Assembly: GCF_000175255.2 (NCBI RefSeq)
Contig: NC_017262.1
Location: 1,110,001-1,142,000 of the forward strand
Reading direction: 5' to 3'
Length of the DNA stretch: 32,000 nucleotides
Source: Zymomonas mobilis subsp. mobilis ATCC 10988
Lineage (GTDB): Bacteria; Pseudomonadota; Alphaproteobacteria; Sphingomonadales; Sphingomonadaceae
A program made the position numbers and the translations under genes. Positions 7,470 to 16,005 of this stretch are shown piece after piece. Position 1 is the first letter of the stretch. Each line of letters starts with the position of its first letter. The notes beneath the pieces are model-generated. The model ran no database searches. It was not told the DNA's origin and saw only the letters and a program-made list of their open reading frames with translations.

Positions 7470-9452
7470 ATGTCAGACGATCTTTTTAAATCTACCGTAA
7501 CGCCTTCCGCTGATAATTATAACGCGGATTCTATTGAAGTTTTAGAAGGGCTGGAGCCGATCCGGCGGCGGCCGGGTATGTATATCGGTGGAACTGACGA
7601 ACGCGCTTTCCATCATTTGGCCGCCGAAGTCCTTGATAATGCCATGGATGAAGCGGTGGCGGGTCATGCAACCCGCATTGAAGTCACTCTGGATACCGGC
7701 GATCGTTTAACCATTACTGATAATGGTCGCGGTATTCCGATTGATCCTCATCCGAAATTTCCTGATAAATCAGCGTTGGAAGTGATCCTGACCACGCTTC
7801 ATTCAGGAGGCAAATTTTCGAATAAGGCCTATGCAACATCAGGCGGCTTGCATGGTGTCGGTATTTCGGTTGTGAATGCGTTGTCATCCGAAACAACCGT
7901 TGAGGTTGCCCGCAATCGTTTGCTTTATCGGCAGTCTTTCTCGCGTGGCGTGCCTCTTGGGGCTTTGGAACAGGTGGGCAATGCACCAAATCGGCGCGGC
8001 ACCTCAGTTTCGTTTATTCCTGATACTGAAATTTTTGGTAAGACTCTCCATTTTAAACCTGCCAAATTATATCGGATGGTGCGTTCTAAGGCCTATCTCT
8101 TCGCAGGGGTCGAAATTATTTGGCGTTGTGCTCCAGAATTAGCCTCTGAAGACGTGCCGGAAAAGGCGGTTATCCATTTTCCAGGAGGCTTAGCCGATTA
8201 TCTGAAAGAGGAAGTCGGGAAAAGAGACTGTGCTACCAAAGAGTTTTTTACAGGGCGGCAGAGCTTTTCTGATGAAGAAGGTTCAGTAGAATGGGCAGTG
8301 GCTTGGCCGTTATGGTCGGAAGGCTCGTCTCTTTATTATTGTAATACCATTCCGACACCGGCTGGCGGCACCCATGAACAAGGCTTACGTTTGGCTTTGG
8401 TTCGAGGGTTGCGAGCCTTTGGTGAATTGGTTGGTCTGAAAAAGGCCAAGGATATCGCACCGGAAGATGTGATTGTCGGAGCGGATATGGTTCTGTCCCT
8501 GTTTATTCGGGAACCACAATTCCAGAGCCAGACAAAAGACCGTTTGACCAATCCACAAGTGGCAGGATTGGTCGAGAAAGCTATTCGTGACCATTTCGAC
8601 CATTTCTTGACGGATGATATGGATCGTGGACGCGCCTTGCTTGGCTTCATCATGGAGCGGATGGATGAGCGTCTGAGACGGCGTGCTGAACGGGATATCA
8701 AGCGGAAAACCGTGACAGCTGCTCGCAAGTTACGATTGCCTGGTAAATTAACCGATTGTAGTCAGGATACGGCTGACAATAGCGAATTATTTATCGTTGA
8801 AGGGGATTCCGCTGGCGGTTCCGCCAAGCAAGCACGTGACCGTAAGACACAGGCTATTTTACCTATTCGCGGTAAAATTTTGAATGTTGCGGCGGCGACC
8901 AATGCCAAAATTTTGGCCAATCAGGAAATTTCCGACATTACGCAGGCTTTGGGCTGTGGTGTCCGTGATCGTTGTGATCCGCAAGCCTTGCGCTATGATC
9001 GTATTATCATCATGTCGGACGCTGATGTTGACGGGGCGCATATCGCAACATTGTTGATGACTTTCTTTTTTCGTGAAATGACCGAGATTGTTCGGAATGG
9101 CCATATCTATTTGGCACAGCCGCCTTTGTATCGTTTGAAGGCCGGTGCCAAAACCCTTTATGCTCGGGATGACAATCATCGGGTAGAATTGGAAAAAACG
9201 GTTTTCAAAGGTCGAAAGGTCGAGGTCGCTCGCTTTAAGGGTTTGGGCGAGATGAATCCCCAGCAATTGCGGGAAACCACGATGGATCCCAAGACCCGCA
9301 GTCTTTTAAGAGTGACATTACCGAAAGATTATCAGGATAGGCAGGAAATATCGGATTTGGTGGATCGTTTGATGGGACGCCAGCCAGAGCATCGCTTTGC
9401 ATTTATTCAGGCTAATGCAGCCCAATTTGATGAAGCTGCTATGGATATTTAG
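7470..9452 (+). CDS. parE: DNA topoisomerase IV subunit B
   Basis: GHKL ATPase motifs (EVLDNAMDEA, DNGRGIP, GLHGVG) and Toprim motifs (EGDSAGGSAKQARDR, IMSDADVDGAHI). The 660-aa length fits ParE better than the longer GyrB. Confidence 0.9.
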   Translation: MSDDLFKSTVTPSADNYNADSIEVLEGLEPIRRRPGMYIGGTDERAFHHLAAEVLDNAMDEAVAGHATRIEVTLDTGDRLTITDNGRGIPIDPHPKFPDKSALEVILTTLHSGGKFSNKAYATSGGLHGVGISVVNALSSETTVEVARNRLLYRQSFSRGVPLGALEQVGNAPNRRGTSVSFIPDTEIFGKTLHFKPAKLYRMVRSKAYLFAGVEIIWRCAPELASEDVPEKAVIHFPGGLADYLKEEVGKRDCATKEFFTGRQSFSDEEGSVEWAVAWPLWSEGSSLYYCNTIPTPAGGTHEQGLRLALVRGLRAFGELVGLKKAKDIAPEDVIVGADMVLSLFIREPQFQSQTKDRLTNPQVAGLVEKAIRDHFDHFLTDDMDRGRALLGFIMERMDERLRRRAERDIKRKTVTAARKLRLPGKLTDCSQDTADNSELFIVEGDSAGGSAKQARDRKTQAILPIRGKILNVAAATNAKILANQEISDITQALGCGVRDRCDPQALRYDRIIIMSDADVDGAHIATLLMTFFFREMTEIVRNGHIYLAQPPLYRLKAGAKTLYARDDNHRVELEKTVFKGRKVEVARFKGLGEMNPQQLRETTMDPKTRSLLRVTLPKDYQDRQEISDLVDRLMGRQPEHRFAFIQANAAQFDEAAMDI

Positions 9453-9540
9453 CCTGAATAAAGCTTTTTCAAAAAATGCCGATGTCTTTCAGAAAACTGA
9501 AATTCCGCCATCATTACTGATGGCGGAACTTGGACAATCT

Positions 9541-9573
9541 GCATCGTGGAACGGATCCACCATGCTTTATTTT
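9541..9573 (+). terminator. Terminator-like hairpin plus U-tract about 90 nt after parE
   Basis: GCATcGTGGA-acgga-TCCACcATGC (one C/C mismatch) followed by TTTATTTT. It is preceded by a perfect 10-bp hairpin, TTCCGCCATC-attact-GATGGCGGAA, at 9503-9528. Confidence 0.6.
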
Positions 9574-9647
9574 GTAAGCGTATTAAAACTATAAGACAAG
9601 GAAAGAGCAGTAGCCTTGCAATAAAAAATGATTTTAGTGAATAAATC

Positions 9648-10274
9648 TTAAAAATGAAAAAATTCTTTTAAGCCATCTAGAATAAATTGTATCGCCAAAG
9701 CGGCCAAGATCAATCCTAATACTCGGGTTATCATCGCTTCTGCGCGGCGGCCTAATACGCGCATGATAGGCCCGGCAAGAATAAGAGAAATAACCATCAT
9801 AATTTGAATGGCACCTAACGCCCCAAAGACGGTAATGCGTTGTTCCCAATTCTCGGTTTTGGAAATCAGCAACATAATCGTTGCGATAGAGCCGGGGCCT
9901 GCGATCATTGGAATGGCCATCGGAAAGACAGAAATATCTTCGGCTTCTTCAGGTATTTTTTTTACCTGTCTGGCTCGATCCTCTCTTTTTTGGGTGCGCT
10001 TTTCAAAGACCATTTCGATAGCGGTCAGCAAGACTAAAATACCCCCCGCAATGCGGAAAGCGGCTAAGCCAATGCCGACAGCGCGAAGAAAACTTTCCCC
10101 TAGAAAACCAAAAAAGACCAGAATACCGGACGAAACTAGAACCGCTCTTATGGCCATAGTCCGTTGTTCTGTCGATGTCGCATTTTTGGTAAGGCTTGCG
10201 AAAATAGGGGCGCATCCCGGCACGTCGATAACGACAAAAAGCGAGATGCAGGTCGAGATAAAAAGAGAGATCAT
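9648..10274 (-). CDS. MarC family (UPF0056) inner-membrane protein
   Basis: 208 aa and polytopic. The N-terminal FVVIDVPGCAPIFASLT motif and overall layout are typical of the MarC/UPF0056 family. Confidence 0.85.
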   Translation of the reverse strand: MISLFISTCISLFVVIDVPGCAPIFASLTKNATSTEQRTMAIRAVLVSSGILVFFGFLGESFLRAVGIGLAAFRIAGGILVLLTAIEMVFEKRTQKREDRARQVKKIPEEAEDISVFPMAIPMIAGPGSIATIMLLISKTENWEQRITVFGALGAIQIMMVISLILAGPIMRVLGRRAEAMITRVLGLILAALAIQFILDGLKEFFHF

Positions 10275-10462
10275 AAATGAAAGCTCAAAAAGCCAGATAA
10301 AAAAGGAACGCCGTCAATACGCTTGCCATTACCGAAATTCAAAGAGAAAGTTATAATTTTTTTATTAAAATGGATAACAATCTATCCGTCATTTTACCGT
10401 ATGATATTCTATTTTCAAGTTGTTTTTAAAAATTTTATATCATATTGGCGCAATATATCGTC

Positions 10463-10789
10463 CTACGCATCACCACTGGTAAAACCATGGAAAGGCATCA
10501 TGTAAATATGGCTGACCATTTGGGGGATAATAAACTGATTGATGATCAGAATCACCATCAGCACGACTGCCGGAGAAAGGTCTATTGCCCCGAAATCTGG
10601 TAATATCTTTCTGATGGGGCGATAAAGCGGTTCCGTTAGCTGATCGAGGGTATAGACGACTTTACGGACAAACTCGTTATCGGAATTGATAACGTTAAAG
10701 GCGATCAGCCACGAGCATACGGCCTGAATGAGAATAACCCACCACAAGATATTGAGCATAAAATAGATAATTTCCAAGATTAAAATCAT
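10463..10789 (-). CDS. yggT: YggT family membrane protein
   Basis: 108 aa. The pattern ILWWVILIQAVCSWL...LDQLTEPLYRPIRKILP...IDLSPAVVL is characteristic of YGGT repeat proteins. It lies 23 nt downstream of the zitP-like gene on the same strand. Confidence 0.85.
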   Translation of the reverse strand: MILILEIIYFMLNILWWVILIQAVCSWLIAFNVINSDNEFVRKVVYTLDQLTEPLYRPIRKILPDFGAIDLSPAVVLMVILIINQFIIPQMVSHIYMMPFHGFTSGDA

Positions 10790-10812
10790 GTCATATCGTC
10801 CTGATTACGGGG

Positions 10813-11853
10813 CTATTTGCCGGGGGCTGATAAAAAATCGATGCTGATATTCTTGGCATTGGGGGGAATATTGAAAGTGGCGCTATCGAATTGAGCGACT
10901 TCATCCGGTTTCAAACTGGCGATTGGGGCAGGGGCGATCCAATTAAAAACGGACTGGCCTTTATCATCCAAAAGATCAATGCGGATATCGGGCACCTTCA
11001 GGGTTTTATTATCGTGGTTAACGATTTGTCCTGAAATAGAAAGAAGCTCGTTATTGCTATTGGTGCGATGTCTTTCATTGGTGACATGCTCAATCGTCAG
11101 GCTGTTTTCAGCGGTTTTTGTCGCGGCAAAAGCGGCATTAGAGGGCTTTCTGTGCACAAAGTAATAAGTACTGGCTGCAATCAGCAAAACAATAAGCGCA
11201 GCGGCCGTGCCTAATACCCAGCTTTTCATCCAAGGTTTAGTCGGATTGGCCGGTAATGATGCCCGATGATTACGGAAATCATAATCTCGGTTTAGATCAT
11301 CATCCTGATCATTGGAAAAATCATAGCCTTGCGTGTTGGAAGAAAGTTTGTAGCTGAAAGCTGAGAAATCCTCGGATTCTGGCTTTTGGGTGGAAAAGCT
11401 TTCTTCTTTATCTTTATTTTCTTGGTCAGAAGAGGCCGATTTTTCTTGAGCTGATAATGCCGCCAGAAAAGGCACCGAGGCGATACTGCTTTCTTCTTTC
11501 TTTTCTGGAACCACTTTTTCTGAATAGCTATCCGATTTTATCGATTCCGCGCTGGTCGGTTCAGTCAATGCCTCGCTCTCTTCCTTTTTATTGGAAGAAG
11601 CCTGTTGTGATAAAGCCGGGGCTGGCTTGTCCTTGGGCGTGTTTTCTTCTTGAAGAGCTTCTTCTGAAGAGGTCGAAACTGTCTCTTCTTGATCGGAGGA
11701 TTCAGGAACAGGGGTTTCTGTTTCGTCACGACTGTCAGGGTAGGCGATCCAGCTATGACCGCAACTGGCACAACGAACACGACGACCATTCGCCGTAATC
11801 ATGCCATCTTGAACTTCGTAATCGGTATGGCAGGCTGGACAGGTTAAAATCAT
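10813..11853 (-). CDS. zitP: ZitP-like protein: N-terminal MJ0042-type zinc ribbon, acidic Ser-rich linker, one TM helix, C-terminal DUF3426-like domain
   Basis: Starts MILTCPACHTDYEVQDGMITANGRRVRCASCGHSW (CxxC...CxxC). A low-complexity linker of about 190 aa follows, then the TM helix WVLGTAAALIVLLIAASTYYFV and a beta-rich C-terminal domain. Start taken at ATG 11853, not the track start 11907. Confidence 0.7.
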   Translation of the reverse strand: MILTCPACHTDYEVQDGMITANGRRVRCASCGHSWIAYPDSRDETETPVPESSDQEETVSTSSEEALQEENTPKDKPAPALSQQASSNKKEESEALTEPTSAESIKSDSYSEKVVPEKKEESSIASVPFLAALSAQEKSASSDQENKDKEESFSTQKPESEDFSAFSYKLSSNTQGYDFSNDQDDDLNRDYDFRNHRASLPANPTKPWMKSWVLGTAAALIVLLIAASTYYFVHRKPSNAAFAATKTAENSLTIEHVTNERHRTNSNNELLSISGQIVNHDNKTLKVPDIRIDLLDDKGQSVFNWIAPAPIASLKPDEVAQFDSATFNIPPNAKNISIDFLSAPGK

Positions 11854-12058
11854 GGCTCTTCTACGCTTGTATGAGGAGTATTTATGCCACTTAATCCGGT
11901 AAAGCACGCCTTGCTGACCGGAGCAAGTATCCGGCTGTTCGGAATAAGAACCGCTTTTTCCAAAACATGCTCAATAATAAGGTGCTTTACTGATATAAAG
12001 GCATTTTTTAATTTTGTCTTGTGGGATAGTTTACTTTGTTTTTAAAAAAGAGGCCTTT

Positions 12059-12760
12059 TTGAGCGCTATCGTTCAGTTCGATCATGTCCATTTTGCTTAT
12101 AATGCAGGGGCTGATATTTTATCCGATCTCAATCTGACATTTGAGCCGGGACAATTCTATTTTGTGACGGGCGCGTCTGGTGCCGGTAAAACATCCCTGT
12201 TGAAGATGATTTATATGGCTTTGCGGCCTTATCGCGGTAGTGTGCGGATATTCGGTGAAGACGTAATGACTTTACCGGAACGCTATATCCCGAGTTTGAG
12301 ACAGCGCATTGGTATTGTCTTTCAGGATTTCCGTCTTGTTCCTGAACTGAATGTTTTTGATAACATTGCGCTGCCTTTGCGTTTGGATAGACGAAAAGAA
12401 AATTTTATCCATTCTACAGTTGGCCGGATTTTGGTTCAGATTGATTTGCCGGATAAAGCCTTTCATTTTCCAGAAACGCTGTCCGGTGGTGAGCAGCAGA
12501 GAATAGCGATTGCCCGTGCGCTTATTCGTCGTCCTCAAATATTGGTCGCGGATGAGCCGACCGGTAATATTGATGATGGGTTGGCAGCCTCTATTCTGCA
12601 TTTGCTGTCTGCTCTTAGCAAAAGAGGGATGACGGTTATTATGGCAACCCACGACTTGCATTTGTTGGATAGGGTGCCGCATGCCAAACATATCCGTTTA
12701 GGGACAAAGGGAAATCTTGAATCTGTAGCGCTTCTCGACCAATGGTCTCCCTTGAAATGA
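12059..12760 (+). CDS. ftsE: Cell division ATP-binding protein FtsE
   Basis: Walker A GASGAGKTS, signature LSGGEQQRIAIARAL, Walker B ILVADEPTGNID. TTG 12059 has an AAGAGG SD 5 nt upstream. The track start 12014 is probably too long. Confidence 0.9.
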   Translation: MSAIVQFDHVHFAYNAGADILSDLNLTFEPGQFYFVTGASGAGKTSLLKMIYMALRPYRGSVRIFGEDVMTLPERYIPSLRQRIGIVFQDFRLVPELNVFDNIALPLRLDRRKENFIHSTVGRILVQIDLPDKAFHFPETLSGGEQQRIAIARALIRRPQILVADEPTGNIDDGLAASILHLLSALSKRGMTVIMATHDLHLLDRVPHAKHIRLGTKGNLESVALLDQWSPLK

Positions 12761-13632
12761 AAAAACTGATATTCTTTCAGGATCAACATCTTTTGGGAAA
12801 AGCGCCTCTTTCCCGTACGCTTTCATGGCTTGTGGCTTTGATGATGGCGCTTTTGACCCTAGCCTTGCTTTTTGTGTTGTCTATTCATCAAAGAGCTATC
12901 TCTTTGCACGATCAGCTAGCCGATCGTTTGACAGTTCAGATTGTCGAAGCCGATCCATCAAACAGAGATAGGCAAAAAGAAGCGGCCTTGCACCTATTAC
13001 AAAGCCTGTCATCAGTAAAATCGGTGCATGCTTTATCTCAACAGGAATTAGAAAAGCTGGTTGAACCTTGGTTGGGCGATCATGCGGCTTCTGAAATCAC
13101 TTTGCCTGCTTTGATTGATTTTACGATTTTGCCACATGGCGATAAACAGGCGATCGCGGCAGAAATTCATCACGCTGCGCCTTCCGCTTCTCTGGATGAC
13201 CATGGTTCCAGTGGGGCTACTTTGTTATCTTTTCTATCTCTTTTAAGCAGCTTGCTTTGGAGCGTTATTCTCTCTTTAATTTTTGCTACAATTGCTATCA
13301 TTGCATTGGCGGTGCGGTCTGCCGTGAATGGCTGTCATGACAAGATTATTTTACTGTCTTTACTGGGCGCAGAGCAGAACCGGATAGCGGGTTTATTCTG
13401 TTACAAAACCGGATTTGATGTTTTCAAAGGAAGCGTTATCGGCTGTGCTATTTCGGTTTTAATCGCGGTTTTATCTAGGCGTTTACTGGCGAGTTTACCT
13501 ACCCCTATTTTTCATTCGGATAGTATAAATTTTTTGCCGCTGCTTTTTATCGCTTTTTTGCCTATTATCACGGTTATAATAGGCGTTATCACGGCTCATA
13601 TAATCGTTTTGCGGATGGTTGAAAAAAGATGA
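12757..13632 (+). CDS. ftsX: Cell division permease-like protein FtsX
   Basis: ATGA overlap with the ftsE stop. One N-terminal TM helix, a periplasmic domain and three C-terminal TM helices. ATG 12742 is an alternative start. Confidence 0.85.
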   Translation: MKKLIFFQDQHLLGKAPLSRTLSWLVALMMALLTLALLFVLSIHQRAISLHDQLADRLTVQIVEADPSNRDRQKEAALHLLQSLSSVKSVHALSQQELEKLVEPWLGDHAASEITLPALIDFTILPHGDKQAIAAEIHHAAPSASLDDHGSSGATLLSFLSLLSSLLWSVILSLIFATIAIIALAVRSAVNGCHDKIILLSLLGAEQNRIAGLFCYKTGFDVFKGSVIGCAISVLIAVLSRRLLASLPTPIFHSDSINFLPLLFIAFLPIITVIIGVITAHIIVLRMVEKR

Positions 13633-14275
13633 CAAGACGCGGATTTTCCTTTTGGTTCCCTTTATGAACGCCAAAGCTATTCTTCTTGGGTCTATCCGCT
13701 TTCTGATCTGTCTTTTTATGCTTTGGTTAGGAGGATTCTGGCTTTTCTATTCTTTCCATGCACATCCGACGAATAAACAGGTAACAGATGGTATCGTCGT
13801 TTTGACTGGCGGCGCAGGCCGGATTGACCGAGGCCTGATGATGTTGGAGCGTCACCAAGCTAAAAAAATGCTGGTTTCAGGCGTTAACCGTCAAGTAAAA
13901 GCTGAAGAATTGGCCGCCCTTTATGATATTCCTTCCCATTTGATAGAATGTTGTGTCGATCTAGGCACTCAAGCGGTTGATACCAGTTCCAACGCCCAAG
14001 AAACCGCAGAATGGATAACGCTTAATCACTATCATTCGGTTCGTCTGATTACGACAGATTGGCATATGGCAAGAGCACGTTTCGAACTGTCTTTGATGAT
14101 TGGGAAAGATATCAAAGTTGTTGAAGATGCCATTCCCAGCCATGCCGGCTGGCGGGTCTGGATTATCGAATATTGCAAATATCTATGGCGGCGTTCCAGC
14201 GTTGCCATCGGTTTTAATTCGATTCCCTATCCTTCGGCTCCGGCCTCTATCTGGCGTTATTTTCATCAGAAATGA
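13619..14275 (+). CDS. DUF218 (YdcF/ElyC-like) domain protein with N-terminal TM helix
   Basis: The motif GIVVLTGGAGRIDRGLMMLERHQAKKMLVSGV is the DUF218 signature. The start is uncertain: TTG 13619 overlaps the ftsX end, and ATG 13664 is the alternative. Confidence 0.8.
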   Translation: MKKDDKTRIFLLVPFMNAKAILLGSIRFLICLFMLWLGGFWLFYSFHAHPTNKQVTDGIVVLTGGAGRIDRGLMMLERHQAKKMLVSGVNRQVKAEELAALYDIPSHLIECCVDLGTQAVDTSSNAQETAEWITLNHYHSVRLITTDWHMARARFELSLMIGKDIKVVEDAIPSHAGWRVWIIEYCKYLWRRSSVAIGFNSIPYPSAPASIWRYFHQK

Positions 14276-14371
14276 TCTTGGCTGGCTTTTGGGAAGAGAA
14301 TATTTTACTGACTTTTGAAATTTATGCCGTTTAAAAATGGCTTTATCCGTTCTGAATTTGGAATTGAATAT

Positions 14372-15076
14372 ATGATAGCCAAGTTACGCGCCGCGCTATT
14401 TCTGGTCATATTTTATAGCCTGACTGTTCTGATGATTTTTATGGCTTTTCCTCTATTGTTGGGGAAACAATCCGCCATGTGGCGGCAGGCTAATCGCTGG
14501 GCGCGACTGCATAGCTTTTTGGCGCGTCATATCATCGGTATTCATAGTGAATGGCTGGGTGATAAGCTGGATACCCTTTTTTCAGAAGATCGCGTTTATT
14601 TGGTGGTGGCTAAACATGAATCCATGTTTGAAACCTTGGAATTGGTACGCTTTTTAGGGCATCCAGCCATTATCTTAAAAAAAGAACTGGTTGATTTGCC
14701 GCTTTTTGGTCGCCTGTTAAAAGCGCATGGCTCTATCCCAGTTGATCGGTCGCGTTCTGCTGTCGCCTTGAGACGGATGTTACGGGCTGCGGGGGATGCA
14801 AAAGAGCAGGGACGGTCACTATTACTTTTTCCTGAAGGCACCCGAGTTGCCCATGGTGACGCCCCGCCTATCCGCGCCGGATTTTATGGTCTCTATAAAA
14901 TGCTGAATCTGCCTGTTGTGCCGATTGCACTTGATAGTGGTTTACTCTGGGGCGGTGGTCTCAATAAAAAAGCAGGTATTGTACATTTTCAAGCTGGTGA
15001 AGTGATACCAGCCGGATTGCCGCGGAAGGAAGCCGAAGCGCTTGTTCATGCTGCGATCAATCGCTTTAATCAGTAA
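14372..15076 (+). CDS. plsC: 1-acyl-sn-glycerol-3-phosphate acyltransferase
   Basis: Acyltransferase motifs AKHESMFE (HX4E/D block) and LLFPEGTR, with an N-terminal TM helix. The start is uncertain (14315, 14324 or 14372). Confidence 0.85.
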   Translation: MIAKLRAALFLVIFYSLTVLMIFMAFPLLLGKQSAMWRQANRWARLHSFLARHIIGIHSEWLGDKLDTLFSEDRVYLVVAKHESMFETLELVRFLGHPAIILKKELVDLPLFGRLLKAHGSIPVDRSRSAVALRRMLRAAGDAKEQGRSLLLFPEGTRVAHGDAPPIRAGFYGLYKMLNLPVVPIALDSGLLWGGGLNKKAGIVHFQAGEVIPAGLPRKEAEALVHAAINRFNQ

Positions 15077-15104
15077 AAAAGCCGTCAGAAAAATATCTGA
15101 CGGC
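15075..15104 (-). terminator. Rho-independent terminator for hisC-tyrC (minus strand), also closing the plsC operon
   Basis: GCCGTCAGA-aaaata-TCTGACGGC flanked by A6 on the plus strand, which reads as T6 after the hairpin on the minus strand. Confidence 0.85.
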
Positions 15105-15123
15105 TGAATAATACTGGTAAATT

Positions 15124-16005
15124 TTAAGGGTGAATATCGTGGTCTGTTTTTAAGGCTAAACGCGCTTTCTGCGATTCTTTGAAATGCTCAAGAAGATAAT
15201 CCCCATCTTGCGAAGCAATAGCTGTCCGCAATTTTTTGAGATCTGCGATAAAATGATCCAGCACTGGTAAAAGAGCAGGCGCATTTTCCAGCATAATATC
15301 TTGCCAGAGACGAGGTTCCGAAGCCGCTACCCGCGTCGCATCCCGAAAGCTGCCTGCCGAATAACGCATGATGGGTGTCCGGCTTTTTTTCTCATAACCC
15401 GATACCATCCCTATAAGTTGGTATGCAATGACATGAGGCAAATGGCTGGTAAGCGCCAAAACGTGATCGTGATGTTCCGCCGACATCAGATTGATACGCC
15501 CGCCAATTTCTTCCCAATAATCGGCGATATAGGCGATAGCCTGTGCCGGTGTATGGGCATCAGGGGTCAGAATAACAGGATGGTCTTGGAATAATTCAGC
15601 AAAACCGGCGTCGGGTCCGTTATTTTCAGTCCCAGCCAAAGGATGGCTAGGAACAATAATGTGATTGGGTAAATTGTCTTGCAGCGTTTTTATAACGCTG
15701 ACTTTTACCGAACCTGTATCGCAGATAATAACGTCTTTTTTCAGCGCCGGTGCCATCGCTGCCGCGACGATACCCATTGCCCTGACTGGCACGCATAATA
15801 GCACCAGATCAGCCTCACGAACCGCATCTTGAATATCATCGGTGACATTGTCGCCGAGATTGAGCGCTCTAGCTCTGTCGCGGACAAATTCGCTTTTGTC
15901 ATAGAGACTGACCGTTACATCAGGACAATAGGCCTTTGTTGCCCGTGCCGCAGAGGAACCGATCAGTCCTAATCCGATAATGGCAATATGCTTAAAGACG
16001 GTCAC
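15124..16005 (-). CDS. tyrC: Prephenate/arogenate (cyclohexadienyl) dehydrogenase
   Basis: Rossmann fold IAIIGLGLIGSS and the SHPLAGTE motif. It is 293 aa with a GTG start directly abutting the hisC stop. It matches my recollection of the Zymomonas mobilis hisH(hisC)-tyrC operon. Confidence 0.92.
   Translation of the reverse strand: MTVFKHIAIIGLGLIGSSAARATKAYCPDVTVSLYDKSEFVRDRARALNLGDNVTDDIQDAVREADLVLLCVPVRAMGIVAAAMAPALKKDVIICDTGSVKVSVIKTLQDNLPNHIIVPSHPLAGTENNGPDAGFAELFQDHPVILTPDAHTPAQAIAYIADYWEEIGGRINLMSAEHHDHVLALTSHLPHVIAYQLIGMVSGYEKKSRTPIMRYSAGSFRDATRVAASEPRLWQDIMLENAPALLPVLDHFIADLKKLRTAIASQDGDYLLEHFKESQKARLALKTDHDIHP

Noticed and set aside
9397-9594. A 65-aa plus-strand ORF overlapping the parE 3' end and the terminator hairpins.
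   Set aside because: It starts inside parE in another frame, runs through two hairpins, and has no SD or recognisable features.
9808-10356. A 182-aa plus-strand ORF antisense to the MarC-family gene.
   Set aside because: Its composition is Arg/Lys/Ser/Pro-rich, which is typical of the antisense of TM-helix codons. The MarC frame has clear family motifs.
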